A DNA stretch of 64,000 nt from Octopus vulgaris (GCA_951406725.2 OX597816.1:20708001-20772000), one strand, 5' to 3'; numbered from the stretch's first letter, positions 49,460 through 63,036 are shown. Numbers and translations are program-made. The notes: generated from the sequence alone by a model not told the origin.

Positions 49460-50060
49460 TTATCATCTTGGTATCATCACAATAAGAGTGTGTTTGACAA
49501 TAAGTAATGGAACTTTGGTCATTAATATACATAAGGAAGAGTGTCAGAAGCATAACAAAACTATATGTACAGAAAATAAACAGAATACTGGTGAAACGGA
49601 ACCACTTTAATATTGCAATGAAATAGTCTAACAGGAAATTCAGATCAAATGAATGATGGAAAGAGCCCTTAGGCAAGCAATTTTGCTAAGATTTTACTTA
49701 TATCAGACACATTTAATGGTGCTGCTGATGTCAGCAGGAACAACATTACTTTTACATAAGTGTTTGTGAGGGAGGTCAGCAGTGTTAGATGTGGAGTAGC
49801 TGATTTCCAATTGATCTAATGCTATTGGAAACCATATTGGTGGTCAATGAGAAGGAAAAGAGATTCGGTGTGATATAAAAAGTGATTGTTTAAGGCCAGT
49901 ACTTCAAACACATCAAATATATTGGAAGCACAAACGACAGATTTGCTGTTAGCAGAATCAAAGCAAACAGGTTACTATTTTCTGTGACTGGTACTATCAT
50001 GTGTGTCTATTGGACAAATAGCTTAAAGGGGAAAAAGGATAAAGAATTTAGTGAGGATAT
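49460..50060 (-). pseudogene. Highly decayed LINE reverse transcriptase (CR1/Jockey group)
   Basis: Minus LIDHQYGFQ...ADIS...TLFLMYINDQ...HSYCDDT. Corresponds to QYGFR, DISKAFD, PTLFL.FINDL and YADD. Confidence 0.65.
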
Positions 50061-50258
50061 GGGTTCAATCAGGAACACACTGTGTGTTAATTATAACGGG
50101 AGCACTGTTGCACTGAAATGAATAGAGATGCTGGTACACTCAATAAGAGAGATGAGAGAGAGAAAACAGAATGATGTAGGGATGTATTCTGTGGATTGTG
50201 TTATATGTAAAATTCAAGGCAAGCATGCAGAAACTAAAAAGGGGTGTACCAAAAGCCT

Positions 50259-50458
50259 TACTCTTTTACTTGTTTCAGTCATTTGACTGCAGCCATGCTG
50301 GAGCACCACCTTTAGTCGAGCAAATTGACCCCGGGACTTATTCTTTGTAAGCCCAGTACTTATTCTATCAGTCTCTTTTGCCAAACCACTAAGTTACGGG
50401 AACGTAAACACACCAGCATCAGTTGTCAAGCGATGTTGGGGGCACAAACACAGACACA

Positions 50459-50502
<44 letters not shown>

Positions 50503-50669
50503 AACGACGGCTTCTTTCAGTTTCCATCTACCAAATCAACTCACAAGGCTTTGGTTGACCCAAGGCTATAGTAGAATACATTTGCCCAAGGTGCCACGCA
50601 GTGGGATTGAACCTGGAACCATGTGGTTGCTAGGCAAGCTACATACCACACAGCCACTCCTGCACCTAT
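50259..50669 (-). mobile_element. SINE A
   Basis: Family match. Confidence 0.9.
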
Positions 50670-51644
50670 AACTGTCATAATAATCCAACAATTCTGCAGA
50701 ATGGTGTATTCTGCATTGTTTATTTATCTTTTTATTTTTTTTATTTTAGTATACTATATTGCCATCATCAATTCAAACTCTGCGCAATGTTTTGTGAGAT
50801 GGGAAATTTTAACAGACAGATATATATGATCAGTGAATAGCACTTGTCATTCTTTGGTACGTTTACTTAGCAGTTTTACTTTTTAATAGTGCAGTTGATA
50901 TCCCAAATGATCCTATAAATGGAAGTTAGAAATCCAGTATTCATTTCAGTAGAGAAGAGAAAATGGGAAAAAATTTCTTCAAAATCTTTTTTTCATATGT
51001 TTTGAATAATCTAATTTTAAACTACGTCTCTTTTATGTAACACAGTCGAGTGCTCTTGAAATAGAAAGCAAAATTAAAACAAATCAAATAATAATTGCAA
51101 ATGTATCATTTGTTTCCTGGATTTTCCATTTTATTTCTTTATATTTATCTTTCTATTATTTCTTTGAAATTGTAACATTTTCTCTCTTGAGCTTCCTGTT
51201 GCTCAAATTGTTCTTTATTTAAAAAAAAAGCAAAAAAAAGCACACAATCCTTCATTCTTTAACCAACTGAAGTTCTTCACTGTAAAAATAGATATCACAA
51301 AGCAAATTCCCATAAGAATTCAGCATCAATTTAAATTATATTTGCATTTAATCAATTACTGTCCATTTATTAGAATTTCATGGATTTAGCGAACACTAAC
51401 TCTTATATTAGCAATTTACTGCATATAGAAACTATATTCATTTCAGATTTGAATAATGTTTACATTCCTCTTTTCTTTACCTCAGTTAGATATTTGTTAT
51501 ACTGTTGTCCCTTTCATTTCTCTTCCCGGTATTCTTGCAGTATATTTCTCATAGAATTGATCCCCTTCACCACATCTTCCTCTTCTCCTGCTCCTTCTTC
51601 CTGTCCCTGTGATGCTCAATAGTAATGTAATTTTTATTCAACAG

Positions 51645-51815
51645 ATAGGTGCAGGAGTGGCTGTGTGATAAGTAGCTTGCTTACCAACCACATGGTTCTG
51701 GGTTCCATCTCACTGCATGGCTCCTTGGATAAGTCTCTTCTACTATAGCCTAAGGCCAACCAAAGCCTTGTGAGTGGATTTGGTAGACGGAAACTGAAAG
51801 AAGCCCATCGTATAT
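51645..51815 (+). mobile_element. SINE A 5' half
   Basis: Family match. Confidence 0.85.
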
Positions 51816-52083
51816 ACACTGTTGTCCCTTTATGATCTTGCAGTATATTTCTCATATATTTGACCCTCCTCAGCTCTTCCAACATATTTTTGTGTATGTT
51901 TCAATTCATAAAGCATGTTGCCTAAATATTTTTCAAAATATGAGCAAGTTAAGTCATCAAGTTAAATCTAAATCACAGAATATATCATAGAAATATTTCA
52001 TAATGGAAAATGAAGCAATTAAAAGGAAAAAAATGTTCTTCCTTCTGTAGTATTCGAAACTATGTAGCAACTTTTCAAAGATG

Positions 52084-52240
52084 CAGGGGCGGACTGAGCT
52101 GTCAGTTTATCGGGCACTGCCTGAGGACTGAAGCTCTGAGGGGCCTGCACACTACATGTTAATTTTTCTAAAACACACATTCAAAGAGGCCCGGTAAGCA
52201 GTTATGCTTGAGGGTCCTTAATAATCTCAGTCCACCCCTG
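52084..52240. mobile_element. hAT MITE
   Basis: TIRs CAGGGGCGGACTGAG and CTCAGTCCACCCCTG. 8-bp TSD caaagatg/caaagatt. Confidence 0.85.
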
Positions 52241-52554
52241 CAAAGATTTTAAAAAGTGAATTTGTATTATAGAACCAAGGGCAGTTCCATGCAGATTGAT
52301 TTTAAGGGTTGAGTACTTGTTAATATAATGGCAAGTACATGTTGCTGAAGATTCACAATTTATACTAAAATCACAGGATACAACCATCCCATCCACCAGT
52401 GATGATGAAATTTTCATCAGCCGATACAATCTGTGCATTTTATAGCACCTAATGTTTACTCAAGATAATTTTTAAATTCAGAATGTTAGTAGCTACATTG
52501 TTCCAATTTTATGCTGTCTACATTGTTTGCTAAAGGAGGTGAGAAAGTATGTAT

Positions 52555-52586
<32 letters not shown>

Positions 52587-52609
52587 GAGAGACAGAGAGA
52601 GACAGAGAC

Positions 52610-52645
<36 letters not shown>

Positions 52646-53005
52646 TCAGAGACTGAGAATTAGTATGAGAGAGAAAGAGAAACAGGACAATAGTGATTCC
52701 GTTATAACCCAATCTTCTAAAAATCCTCAGTTTTGTCCCAAGTGGATCCAATTCCCAGGTCCCTTCTTTCATGTATCATTGCAGATGATTTCGGAATATG
52801 TGTGCAAATTTTGGAGAATATTCTTTGAAACACGGTGGTTCAGAATGAACATGCATCAGTACTATACACACAAAACACATATACACCACACATGCACACA
52901 ACTGTACATCTATAATTACTACCACCACTGGCAACGTTTCTGTGTATATATGATTCACTTGTGCATCTGTCTTTATGTGTATGCCTTTATGCACATGCGC
53001 GCACA

Positions 53006-53038
<33 letters not shown>

Positions 53039-53230
53039 ATATATATCCGTAAGGATGTATTTGCACATATGTCTATAAGTGCTTATTCAGTGAGTGTATG
53101 TGTGTGTGTGTGTGTGTAAATATTTATGTTTGTATGCACTTATGTATGGATGCATTTGTGTGTGAGTGTATATATATGCATATATATATGCTGGTTAGTA
53201 ATAATAACTCTCTCTCTCCATATATAAATA

Positions 53231-53285
<55 letters not shown>

Positions 53286-53714
53286 TTATACACCTACCTG
53301 AAAACAAATATGAACTAAAAACCAAAATACAATCAACCATACCAACAAACTAGCAAAACCAAACTCGTTTTCACTCACACCCCCAACACCCACTCACCCA
53401 TGCCCACACAGCAGTTTTCATTTACTAATTAACAAGTAATCCAACTAATATGACTGCCCACAGTTATTGTCTGTTATTTCTAAGTCTTCACAATTAGCCA
53501 TGTTTGACTATTTTAGCATTTATTGTTATTGTTAATCATATTTCCAGTCTTATAATTAACCATGTAATCACTCACCTGCTAAGCCAATTAAAACTGGCAA
53601 AGTAACAACCCACCCTACTCTCACCCATTATTCATCTGTGAATCATTACTCAGTTTTCTCTATTCTCACTTGATCAAACTTTGTTGGCCTCAACACCTAT
53701 TTACCAAAACGACC

Positions 53715-54407
53715 TCAACATGGGTGTGTGGTAAGAAGCTTACTTTCCAACTGTGTGATCCTGGTTTCAGTCCCACTGTGCCACACCTTGGGCAAGTGTC
53801 TTCTATTATATCCTTGAGCAGACCAAAACCTTATGAGTTTGTAAGCCTAGTACTTATTCTATCGGTCTCTTTTCCCAAACCCACAGCGTGGCACCTTGGG
53901 CAAGTGTCTTCTATTATATCCTCAAGCAGATCAAAACCTTATGAGTTTGTAAGCCTAGTACATATTCTATTGGTCCCTTTTCTCGAACCTTACTTTCCAA
54001 CTGTATGATCCTGGTAGGAGTGGCTGTGTGGTAAGTAGCTTCCTTACCAACCACATGGTTCCGGGTTCAGTCCCACAGTGTGGCACCTTGAGCAAGTGTC
54101 TTCTATTATATCCTCGAGCAGACCAAAACCTTATGAGTGGATTTGGTAGATGGAAACTGAAAGAAGCCCATAATACACTCACACAAACACACACACATAT
54201 ATTATTTTATTCTTTTACTTGTTTCAGTCATGACTGCAGCCATGCTGGAGCATCACCTTTAGTCAAACAAATCGACCTGAGGACATATTTTTTGTAAGCC
54301 CAGTACTTATTCTATCAGTCTCTTTTCCCAAACCTCTAAGTTATGAGGACATAAACACACCAACATCTGTTGTCAAGCGATAGTGACAGGACAAACACAG
54401 ACACACG
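53715..54407. mobile_element. Rearranged SINE A cluster (three partial + copies, then a minus 3' half)
   Basis: accttgggcaagtgtcttctattatatcct..agcagaccaaaaccttatgagt occurs three times. Confidence 0.8.
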
Positions 54408-54537
54408 ATGATATTGTTATCTCCAACAATAAGTCTATTGTATTACCATTTAGTATTAGTTTTCGCAACTTTTCGGAAGAGAGTCACTTCCGGTTTGTAT
54501 CTGAGATCGAGGTCATTTTGTTTTCCAGAAAAGGGAT

Positions 54538-55010
54538 CATCATCAACATCATCATCGTTTAGCGTCTGTTTTCCATGCTAGCATGGGTTGGACAGTTCGA
54601 CCAGGGTCTGGGAAGCCAGGAGGCTTCACCAGGGTCCAGTCTAATCTGGCAGTGTTTCTACAGCTGGATGCCCTTCCTAACACCAACCAATCTGTGAGTG
54701 TTGTGGGTGCTTTTTACGTGCCAGCAGCAAATAGGCCAGAAGAGGCTGGCAACATCCATGATCAGTCGGCGCTTTTTATGTGCCACCGGTATCGTTCAGA
54801 TGGTATTTTTACAATTTCCATTTGATTTTTATTTTGGTGTTGATGTAGTTGACTCAATAGGTTTCCTCATGCACAGCATGTCACCCTATGATCCAAGGTA
54901 AGCACAGCAGGCCATCCTGCGAGCCATGAATTCACTTAATTTGTCGGGTCTTCATAGTCACAGCATATCTCCAGAGGTCTCAGTCTTTCGTCATTGCCTC
55001 TGTGAAGCCC
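54538..55010 (-). mobile_element. RTE LINE 3' end
   Basis: Minus GFTEAMTKD*DLWRYAV plus 3'UTR and (GAT)n tail. Confidence 0.8.
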
Positions 55011-55129
55011 ACCTGCTGTCATTCTTGAATGTTCTTCTTTAGTTATTTCATGTTACAACAAACGTGGCTTTGTACCAGTGTTACCAATTTTCTGCTGTTT
55101 CTAGAATGATGAATTGACAAAGTTTTTTC

Positions 55130-55421
55130 TACTGTTGATGTTTTGTGTAGAAATCTAGGCAAGTGGGGTAACAATTACCACTGTGATTACAAAGACGAAC
55201 AATGGTTTAAATTTTTCAGAGCCATTTGTTTTCTACTCTTACGTAACACCGTGCAGGCATACACTTGCCATACATTTGTATAAACTTATGGTACACTTGC
55301 ACGATGTTACGTTTGAGTAGAAAATAAATGGCTCCGAAAATTTTAAAACCTTGTTCATCTTTGCTATCACACTGGTGATTGTGACTCTGTTTGCCTAGAT
55401 TTCTACAGAAAGCAGCAATAG
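55130..55421. mobile_element. Foldback MITE with ~125-bp imperfect arms
   Basis: tgtagaaatctaggcaa...ttttctactc...cgtaaca is mirrored by tgttacg...gagtagaaaa...ttgcctagatttctaca. Confidence 0.75.
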
Positions 55422-55433
55422 ATATACATACAT

Positions 55434-55481
<48 letters not shown>

Positions 55482-55487
55482 ATATAT

Positions 55488-55537
<50 letters not shown>

Positions 55538-55760
55538 TAGCCTTTTTTCAGCTTCTGTCTACCAAATCCACTTTGGTTGGCACGAGGCTATAGTAAAAGA
55601 CACTTGCCCAAGGTGGCATGCAGTGAGACTGAACCCAAAACCATGTGGTTGGGAGGCAAGCTTCTTACTATACAGCATATCTGCACCTATATGTGTGTGT
55701 GTGTGTATATTCCAAGAAAGTTAGAAGTTGTGAATCCAACCAAGGTATAATATCTATCTC

Positions 55761-55800
<40 letters not shown>

Positions 55801-55802
<2 letters not shown>

Positions 55803-57460
55803 GTTTAAATATTTGTTGTGCAAGATTTTTTATGTGAAGTCGTGTGTTGAAACAGATATTGTTATATTTCGGAATGGTCATATTGCCAGTTTAGCCAATA
55901 AAAACACACGCACTATATATTTGGTGTTATTTTGCTTCAGTGATATTTATTTTTTACATTAATCTTAATCTTATTTCGGCCAAAGTTCTTTCGTCACACT
56001 CCTGTGACCGCATCAGTGGTCCTTTGTTTTCTTCTCACTTACTTGTGTCTCTCCTTACTAACCGTCAGCCATTTTGTATTTCTATTGTATGTCTTCATTT
56101 GCGCATGCTTATATCTCTATGTGCGTCTATGTTTATTTAGTGTGTGTGTGGGGGGGATGCCTGTAATATTTGTATCTTCTGGTTATATACATTCTTGTAA
56201 TTTGTATTTTGTTTTTGTTGTTGTTGCTTTTGTTCTAATTTTGTTCATGTGTTTACATTCACCCATTATTATCATTACATATGCTTGTATGTATGTATAA
56301 CAACAATATTACTAATAATAATAATAAATCTAATCGAAAAAAAAAAAAAAAGAATATACATATACATATATATATATACATACATATACATATACATATA
56401 CATATATACACACATATATACACATATAGATATTCATTTCTATTTCTTTAATTACCTGTGTATTTATTATGTTTGCAGGATCCACTATTGTCATATGTTG
56501 TGGTGTGCGCTATTGCTCCATTCTAGTTTTCTATTCAGGCTAGGTTTATTTTCTATTATATGTGTAGCTTCTGTAATTTGTCTAATTGTTGCATCTGTTC
56601 TATGTGTGGACAATATCTTAATCTCTTGTTCGGCGTGTTGGTACAGAATCGATGAGCTTTTACCTTCCTTGAGTTGTCTCCAATGTTCATTCACCCGCTC
56701 ACCAATGCTTCTTGCAGTTTCCCCTACGTATGTTACTGTCTTGTTACTGCATCGTCCCTCTATACATCTCATACTATAGACCACATTTCTGGCTTTACAG
56801 TTCGTTTGTGGGCTAAATCTACATACAGTGCAATAGTTATCCGTACAGAGAGTTCTACTAAAAGGATAGCTTCTACCAATTATAGATCTGATAGGATTGC
56901 CTGGCTTTTCAACAACCTTAATTCTTAGTTTAAGTTTATCTAGGGTCCTTCTAAAGCGGTACGCTAGTTCACCTCCAGTGGTGGTGTCAACGAACATGAC
57001 ACTCTGGTATTTATGGCTATCATACCAAGAGTTGGCCTTCCCTATTTTCTTTTTTGTCCTTTCTATAGTGTTCCATGACTTGTTCCTATAGAGTGGGCAA
57101 ATCCCATTCCTATCATTACATAATATATTATCAAATTTCTTCATGGCTCCTTTGTATACTCTGATCCTAAATAAACATATACACTAAATAAACATAGACG
57201 CACATAGAGATATAAGCATGCGCAAATGAAGACATACAATAGAAATACAAAATGGCTGACGGTTAGTAAGGAGAGACACAAGTAAGTGAGAAGAAAACAA
57301 AGGACCACTGATGCGGTCACAGGAGTGTGACGAAAGAACTTTGGCCGAAATAAGATTAAGATTAATGTAAAAAATAAATATCACTGAAGCAAAATAACAC
57401 CAAATATATAGTGCGTGTGTTTTTATTGGCTAAACTGGCAATATGACCATTCCGAAATAT

Positions 57461-57468
<8 letters not shown>
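55801..57468 (-). mobile_element. 5'-truncated Penelope-like element with an inverted pLTR
   Basis: GIY-YIG ORF, 288-bp inverted repeats at 55856-56143 and 57181-57468, flanked by (TA)n. Confidence 0.92.
56491..57144 (-). CDS. Penelope-like GIY-YIG endonuclease domain (C-terminal fragment of the PLE ORF)
   Basis: C..C....NCKARNVVYSMRC...YVGETARSIGERVNEH...HA...RQITEA.HI....PSLN, typical of PLE GIY-YIG domains with the upstream Cys linker. Confidence 0.88.
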   Translation of the reverse strand: MKKFDNILCNDRNGICPLYRNKSWNTIERTKKKIGKANSWYDSHKYQSVMFVDTTTGGELAYRFRRTLDKLKLRIKVVEKPGNPIRSIIGRSYPFSRTLCTDNYCTVCRFSPQTNCKARNVVYSMRCIEGRCSNKTVTYVGETARSIGERVNEHWRQLKEGKSSSILYQHAEQEIKILSTHRTDATIRQITEATHIIENKPSLNRKLEWSNSAHHNI

Positions 57469-57536
<68 letters not shown>

Positions 57537-57560
57537 TTATTTATTTATTTATATATGTAT

Positions 57561-57749
57561 AGAAAGTTAATTGTCTGGCCAGTCATAGAGTGACCAATGG
57601 TTTCACACACATGTGCTTAGCCTTGTATGTGATTCATCAGTCTTTAGTGGCCATGGCTACTGGAGTCTTACGAGTAATATATAAGGCTAAATGCTTCATG
57701 AATGTGAAACCATTGGTCACTCTGTGGCTGGCCATACAATTAACTTCCT
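57561..57749. mobile_element. Palindromic MITE (~190-bp hairpin)
   Basis: aagttaattgtctggccagtcatagagtgaccaatggtttcaca is mirrored by tgtgaaaccattggtcactctgtggctggccatacaattaactt. Confidence 0.75.
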
Positions 57750-58179
57750 GCAAATACATTACTGTTCTAGCCTTTGGAGTGTGCTTCTTTTGTGTATGTA
57801 TGTGTGTGTGCGTATGTGTGTGTACGTGTGCGTGTATGTGCAATAAAGGCACAGTCAAACACCTATTTTGTGATTCTATACAGCGATGACATGGTATGCA
57901 GTGACTTCAATCAGTTGCCATGGTACCAGACCCTTCTGCAAAGATCAAAAGGAAATGAAATGGATAGTGGAGTATTATTTGCAATAGGACTGTGCTCTGT
58001 TGTTTATTTCCTCCAAATTTTTTATGGGATAACTTTATACAAATGGTGGTGCTCCAGCATAGCCACAGCTCTGAGCTGAAACTAGAATAAAAATAAACAA
58101 AACTTTATGTAATTATGATTTCATCTACTATTGCAGCATAACCAGTTCATTTAAATGTACCCTTCAATCATTGGGGAAT

Positions 58180-59045
58180 AAACTGCACTTGCAAAGGCCT
58201 GTTGAGGCAAGTGAAATCGTTGTCGTGGCCGATGACAGTACCTATTTCTTTATTACCCACAAGGGGCTAAACATAGAGGGGACAAACAAGGACAGACATA
58301 GGTATTAAGTCGATTACATCGACCCCAGTGCGTAACTGGTACTTAATTTATCGACCCCGAAAGGATGAAAGGCAAAGTCGACCTTGGCGGAATTTGAACT
58401 CACAACGTAACGGCAGCCGAAATACCGCTAAGCATTTCGCCCGACGTGCTAACAATTCTGCCAGCTCACCGCCTTGACAGTACCTCCTGATTGGCACCCA
58501 TGCCGGTGGCACGTGGAGATCACAATTTAAGCATGGTTGATGCCAGTCCTGGCTGACTGGTCCTGTGCCAGTGGTATTTGGAAAGCACCATTCAAGCGTG
58601 GTTGTTGCCAGTACCATCTGACTGGCCTCCATGCTAGTGGCACATAAAAAGCACCATTCGAGTGTGGCCAATTTCAGTACTACCTGATTGGCACCCATGC
58701 TGGTGGCATGTGGAGAGCACCATTCAAGCATGGTTGATGCCAGTGCTGGCTGACTGGTCCCATGCCGGTGTTACGTGGCAAACACCATTTGAGCATGGCC
58801 GATGTCAGTACTGCTCTTGTGCTGGTGGCTGGCCCTTGTGCCGGTGGCTCGCCCTTGTGCCAGTGACAAGTAAAAAGCACCCAGTACACACTCGGAGTGG
58901 TTGGCGTTAGGAAGGGCATCCAGCTGTAGAAACATTGCTAGATCGGATTGGAGCCTGGTGCAGCCTTCTGGCTCACCAGCCCTGAGTCAAACCATGCAAC
59001 CCATGCCAGCATGGAAAGTGGATGCTAAACGACGACGACGATGAT
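58180..59045 (+). mobile_element. RTE 3'UTR with ~5-6 minisatellite units, interrupted by a minus-strand SINE B (58244-58474)
   Basis: Units start at ~58492, 58558, 58623, 58689 and 58755. SINE TSD tgacagtacct at 58233-58243 and 58475-58485. Confidence 0.9.
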
Positions 59046-59466
59046 ACCAGATAATTTTTATTGATTTTATAATTTCAGATACAAAATATATACAAAAACA
59101 ACTTTGATGAGGTACAGCCGAAACTCTATAATTCTCTGCAGCCAAATAATTAAAATTGATTTCTCAACATTAAAGATGACAAATTGAATTGTTGGCTTTT
59201 AATTTTTCACTTTTGTCTTCATTCAGAAATGGATGTCAATGGTTTCACTTCAAACCTTTAGCATTCAGCTTACTGAGTTAAATGTAATGCTTATTGATTC
59301 CCATTGTTTTGAATTAATCATGCATTGTCTTGTAGCTTTAAGATTTTGTTATTGTGATTGTTCGTTTTTAGAATGACGTTGTGTAGAGTGGGTGTGAGAG
59401 GCTGAATCTGTCCAGTCACTTCATAAAACAGACAGAATATCTGGATGGTATATAGTTGGTTTAAAT

Positions 59467-59549
59467 CAGTGGTTCCCAACCTGTGGTCCACAGAACTTTG
59501 GTGGCCCACAATTGTAGTACTGAGGTCCATGAACTAAATTCAAAATTTC

Positions 59550-59600
<51 letters not shown>

Positions 59601-60475
59601 ACAGGGGGGGGGGGTGATCCCTGCTGTATTCTTTCACCACTCTTTCTCCCACTCTTCCTTCTGTTGGCCTGCTCACTTAGCCAGTGGGGTGGTGTCATTC
59701 GAAGGCTAAAACAATGCGAACGCATTGTGACCAGCGATGTGTAACTACATCTGATGGAAGGTCGATGGAAGGTCGGTCATATATATATATATATATATAT
59801 AAATATATAATAGAAATATGTTACAAAAAGAAAATAGAAACTACACATGGAAATGTAGTGAAAATAGTGAAAATGTAGTGAAAAATAAGTGAAAATGCAC
59901 ATTGGAAATAAAAAAAAGTAAAGGACTTTTATGAAAAGTAACGATAGATATATATACAATTAGATGAACTGAGGTAAGAATAAAAGTAATAAAAGTCATT
60001 ATTGTGAATTGTTAGAGAGATTCAAAAGCATACCGGTTTCGTGAATTTACTAATCATTGCTTTGAATGCACATCGATTATATATATGGCAAATGAAAGAT
60101 GGAAGATGGAATATACGAGAATTTATTATTAATCACGACAATTGTTTTGACACATCTAGCATCGATCCCTCATGGGTGGGACATCCAACAACTGGTTCAG
60201 GAGCATCCAGTGGTGCAGATGTATCTCATCGGGCGATAAGTGAATACAGCAGATTAAAATAACTCTTCCGCAATGTAACTTCTCGTTTTGTAGAGAGAAA
60301 GGCAGCTATACGGAGGAAATGTCTTCATTTATATAGAAGATCAAAAATAAAATCACAGATGGCAAAAAGAGAAACGAACACGCAATCAAGTGAGAAAGGT
60401 ATTAAGGATAAGCATATTAAAAGGGGTCTGCGGGAAAACTTATTTAAATAAAAGTGAAAAGGTTAGGAACCACTG
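59467..60475. mobile_element. Non-autonomous hAT (Charlie-type) element nested in a piggyBac-like MITE
   Basis: TIRs CAGTGGTTCCCAACCT and AGGTTAGGAACCACTG. Perfect 8-bp TSD GTTTAAAT at 59459-59466 and 60476-60483. Confidence 0.9.
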
Positions 60476-60529
60476 GTTTAAATGCTAAAAGGTTATGAAA
60501 AGTAAACAACCATTTGTGTATTAAGATTA

Positions 60530-60748
60530 GTGGCAGAAATGTTTGCACGCTGAGCAAAATGCTTAGTGGTATTTCGTTTGCCGCTATGTTCTGAGTTCAA
60601 ATTTCACCAAGGACAACTTTGCCTTTCATCCTTTCGGGGTCGATAAATTAAGTACCAGTTATGCACTGGGGTCGATGTAATCGACTTATTCCGTTTGTCT
60701 TTGTTTGCCCCCTCTGTGTGTAGCCCCTTGTGGGCAGTAAAGAAATAA
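60530..60748 (+). mobile_element. SINE B
   Basis: Family match. TSD-like taagattag on both sides. Confidence 0.88.
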
Positions 60749-61677
60749 GATTAGAGTTATTTTATCAATAAAACTATAATTATGCCACATTCCTAGCAAG
60801 ATCATCAATTGGGTAACTGGAAGTTGTTCACTGTGCTAGAAATAGTAACCAAATCTCCCTCAAATCCCCCACACACCACATCTTCTTAGAAAAGAAAGCA
60901 TTTCTTGAATATATTGTAGTTCTAGATAAAACAGATAATTGTGTTCTAGATAATGTGGTTCTAGATGTAAAAGGTGTGGTCAAGGTTGGAAGGCTTTTGA
61001 TCATTGGTGAGTATGATCAAAGCTGATCTGGGGTCACACAACAACAACAGCAACAGCAACAGTAAGAGGCGTCATATAATAAAAACAGTTATTTGTGTAT
61101 AAACAGAATATGAAAACATTAAAATCAAGAGGTGTCAATCGTCTGAACCAACAAATGTTTCCATGCAATTTGGTAATTCATGTTTAATGAAGTGATGATG
61201 ACTTCATTAAAAGATCGATCAGAGATTTTTTTTCACTAGAAATGATGATTTATAGTCACCAGTCATAAAGAAATTGAAAATAAATGAACAAAAACGTACG
61301 CGACTCTCATGCTGAAGTAGAAAGAAATAAGAATAAAAGAGAGAAGCACACGTATTTATTATAAATCAAATATAATTACTAGAATTTAAGGTGACTTCTG
61401 ATGGTCTGTGTCTGTCTCAGCTAGCATCAATATAGTAAAAATTCTATTTAAAAAAGTGATAAAAGGCCTCACACAGATCGTTAGATGTTTTCTTTGTTCA
61501 TGGTAACATTTATTCATTTCTTTATTGTTATTACTATTATTGATATTATTGTTGTTGTTATTTATTTGAAAGACAAGGATTCTCTCTATGGTAGATACAT
61601 AGACATAATTCTCATTGTGAACGAATAAGTAAGTAAATGAGTTCAGCATATGTTGAAGAGAATTTTAGCAAAATGAT

Positions 61678-61975
61678 CGTTACCAGCGCCGCCTTACTGG
61701 CACCTGTGCTGGTCGCATGTGTAAAAAGATTCGAGTGATGAGGTTGTTGTTAGTACCGCCTGACTGGCCCTGTGCTGGTGACACATAAAAAGCACCCACT
61801 ACACTCTCGGAGTGGTTGGCGTTAGGAAGGACATCCAGCTGTAGAAACCATGCCAGATCAATATTGGAGCCTGGTGCAGCCATCTGGTTCGCTAGCCCTC
61901 AGTCAAAATCGTCCAACCCATGCTAGCATGGAAAGTAGACGTTAACCGATGATGATGATGATGACGATCATGATT
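61678..61975 (+). mobile_element. RTE 3'UTR fragment
   Basis: Family match with (GAT)n tail. Confidence 0.85.
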
Positions 61976-62644
61976 CTCTTTTGAGGGAAACTAAATGGAT
62001 TTAGGTACCTAGGGGTTCCAAAGGTGCTTGGAAAATATTCTTCATTGATTTGTTTTTAAATTCATGGTGCTTTGTAATAAATTCTTTCAAGTCTTTTGGT
62101 ACCAGATAATATTCCATTTGTTTGGAACTTACAATTCTGTAAAATTTTGGATTTTCTCTTTCTCTGTCTGTCTAGTTAAGTCTGTCCATAGTGTATTGTA
62201 GGTGTATATGCATCCATATATACGTATATGCATACTTATAAATGTATATACATGCATATGTATACATACACTTATAAATGTGTGTATCTATTTATATATT
62301 TATCTACATATCAACCTATCTATCTATCTATCTAACCTCTCTGTCTATATATCTACCCTCTTTATAATGTTGGCAAATGAAATAGGGATAAGAATGTGCA
62401 TTGTCCATTTAATTGGAAAATTCTGTAAGTGGCTGAAGATTGCTCGACATTTTAAAACTGATATAATACTTACAGTGTTTAATAGAATGAAGCAGCATGA
62501 AACAATTGTACTAGTCTACCTTGGATATACTTGCTGCTTATTTTCATTATAATCACCCCATTTGATTTACATGGATAATACCATACAAAATTCTGGTGCT
62601 GTTAACTTAAGTACCATATTCATCTGAATTTAAAATTTGCTGAA

Positions 62645-62699
<55 letters not shown>

Positions 62700-63035
62700 T
62701 ACCAGCGTTGCTTTACTGGCACTTGTGCTGGTGGCACGTGGAAAAACATTCGACCAAGGTCGTTTCCAGTACCGCTGGACTGGTTATTGTGCAGGTGGCA
62801 TGTAAAAAACACCATTTGAGTGTGGCTGTTGCCAGTACCGCCTGACTGGTCCTCATGCCTGTGGCACATAAAAGCACCCACTACAATCTCGGAGTGGTTG
62901 GCATTAGGAAGGGCATCCAGCTGTAGATCTGCCAGATCAAGATTGGAGCCTGGGGCAGCCATCTGGTTCGCCAGTCCTCAGTCAAATCATCCAATCCATG
63001 CTAGCATGGAAAGTAGACGTTAAATGACAATGATG

Positions 63036-63036
<1 letters not shown>
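62700..63036 (+). mobile_element. RTE 3'UTR fragment
   Basis: Family match. Confidence 0.85.

Noticed and set aside
55940-56140. Duplicated 66-aa gene (also 57184-57384)
   Set aside because: It is an antisense ORF within the inverted pLTRs of the Penelope element.
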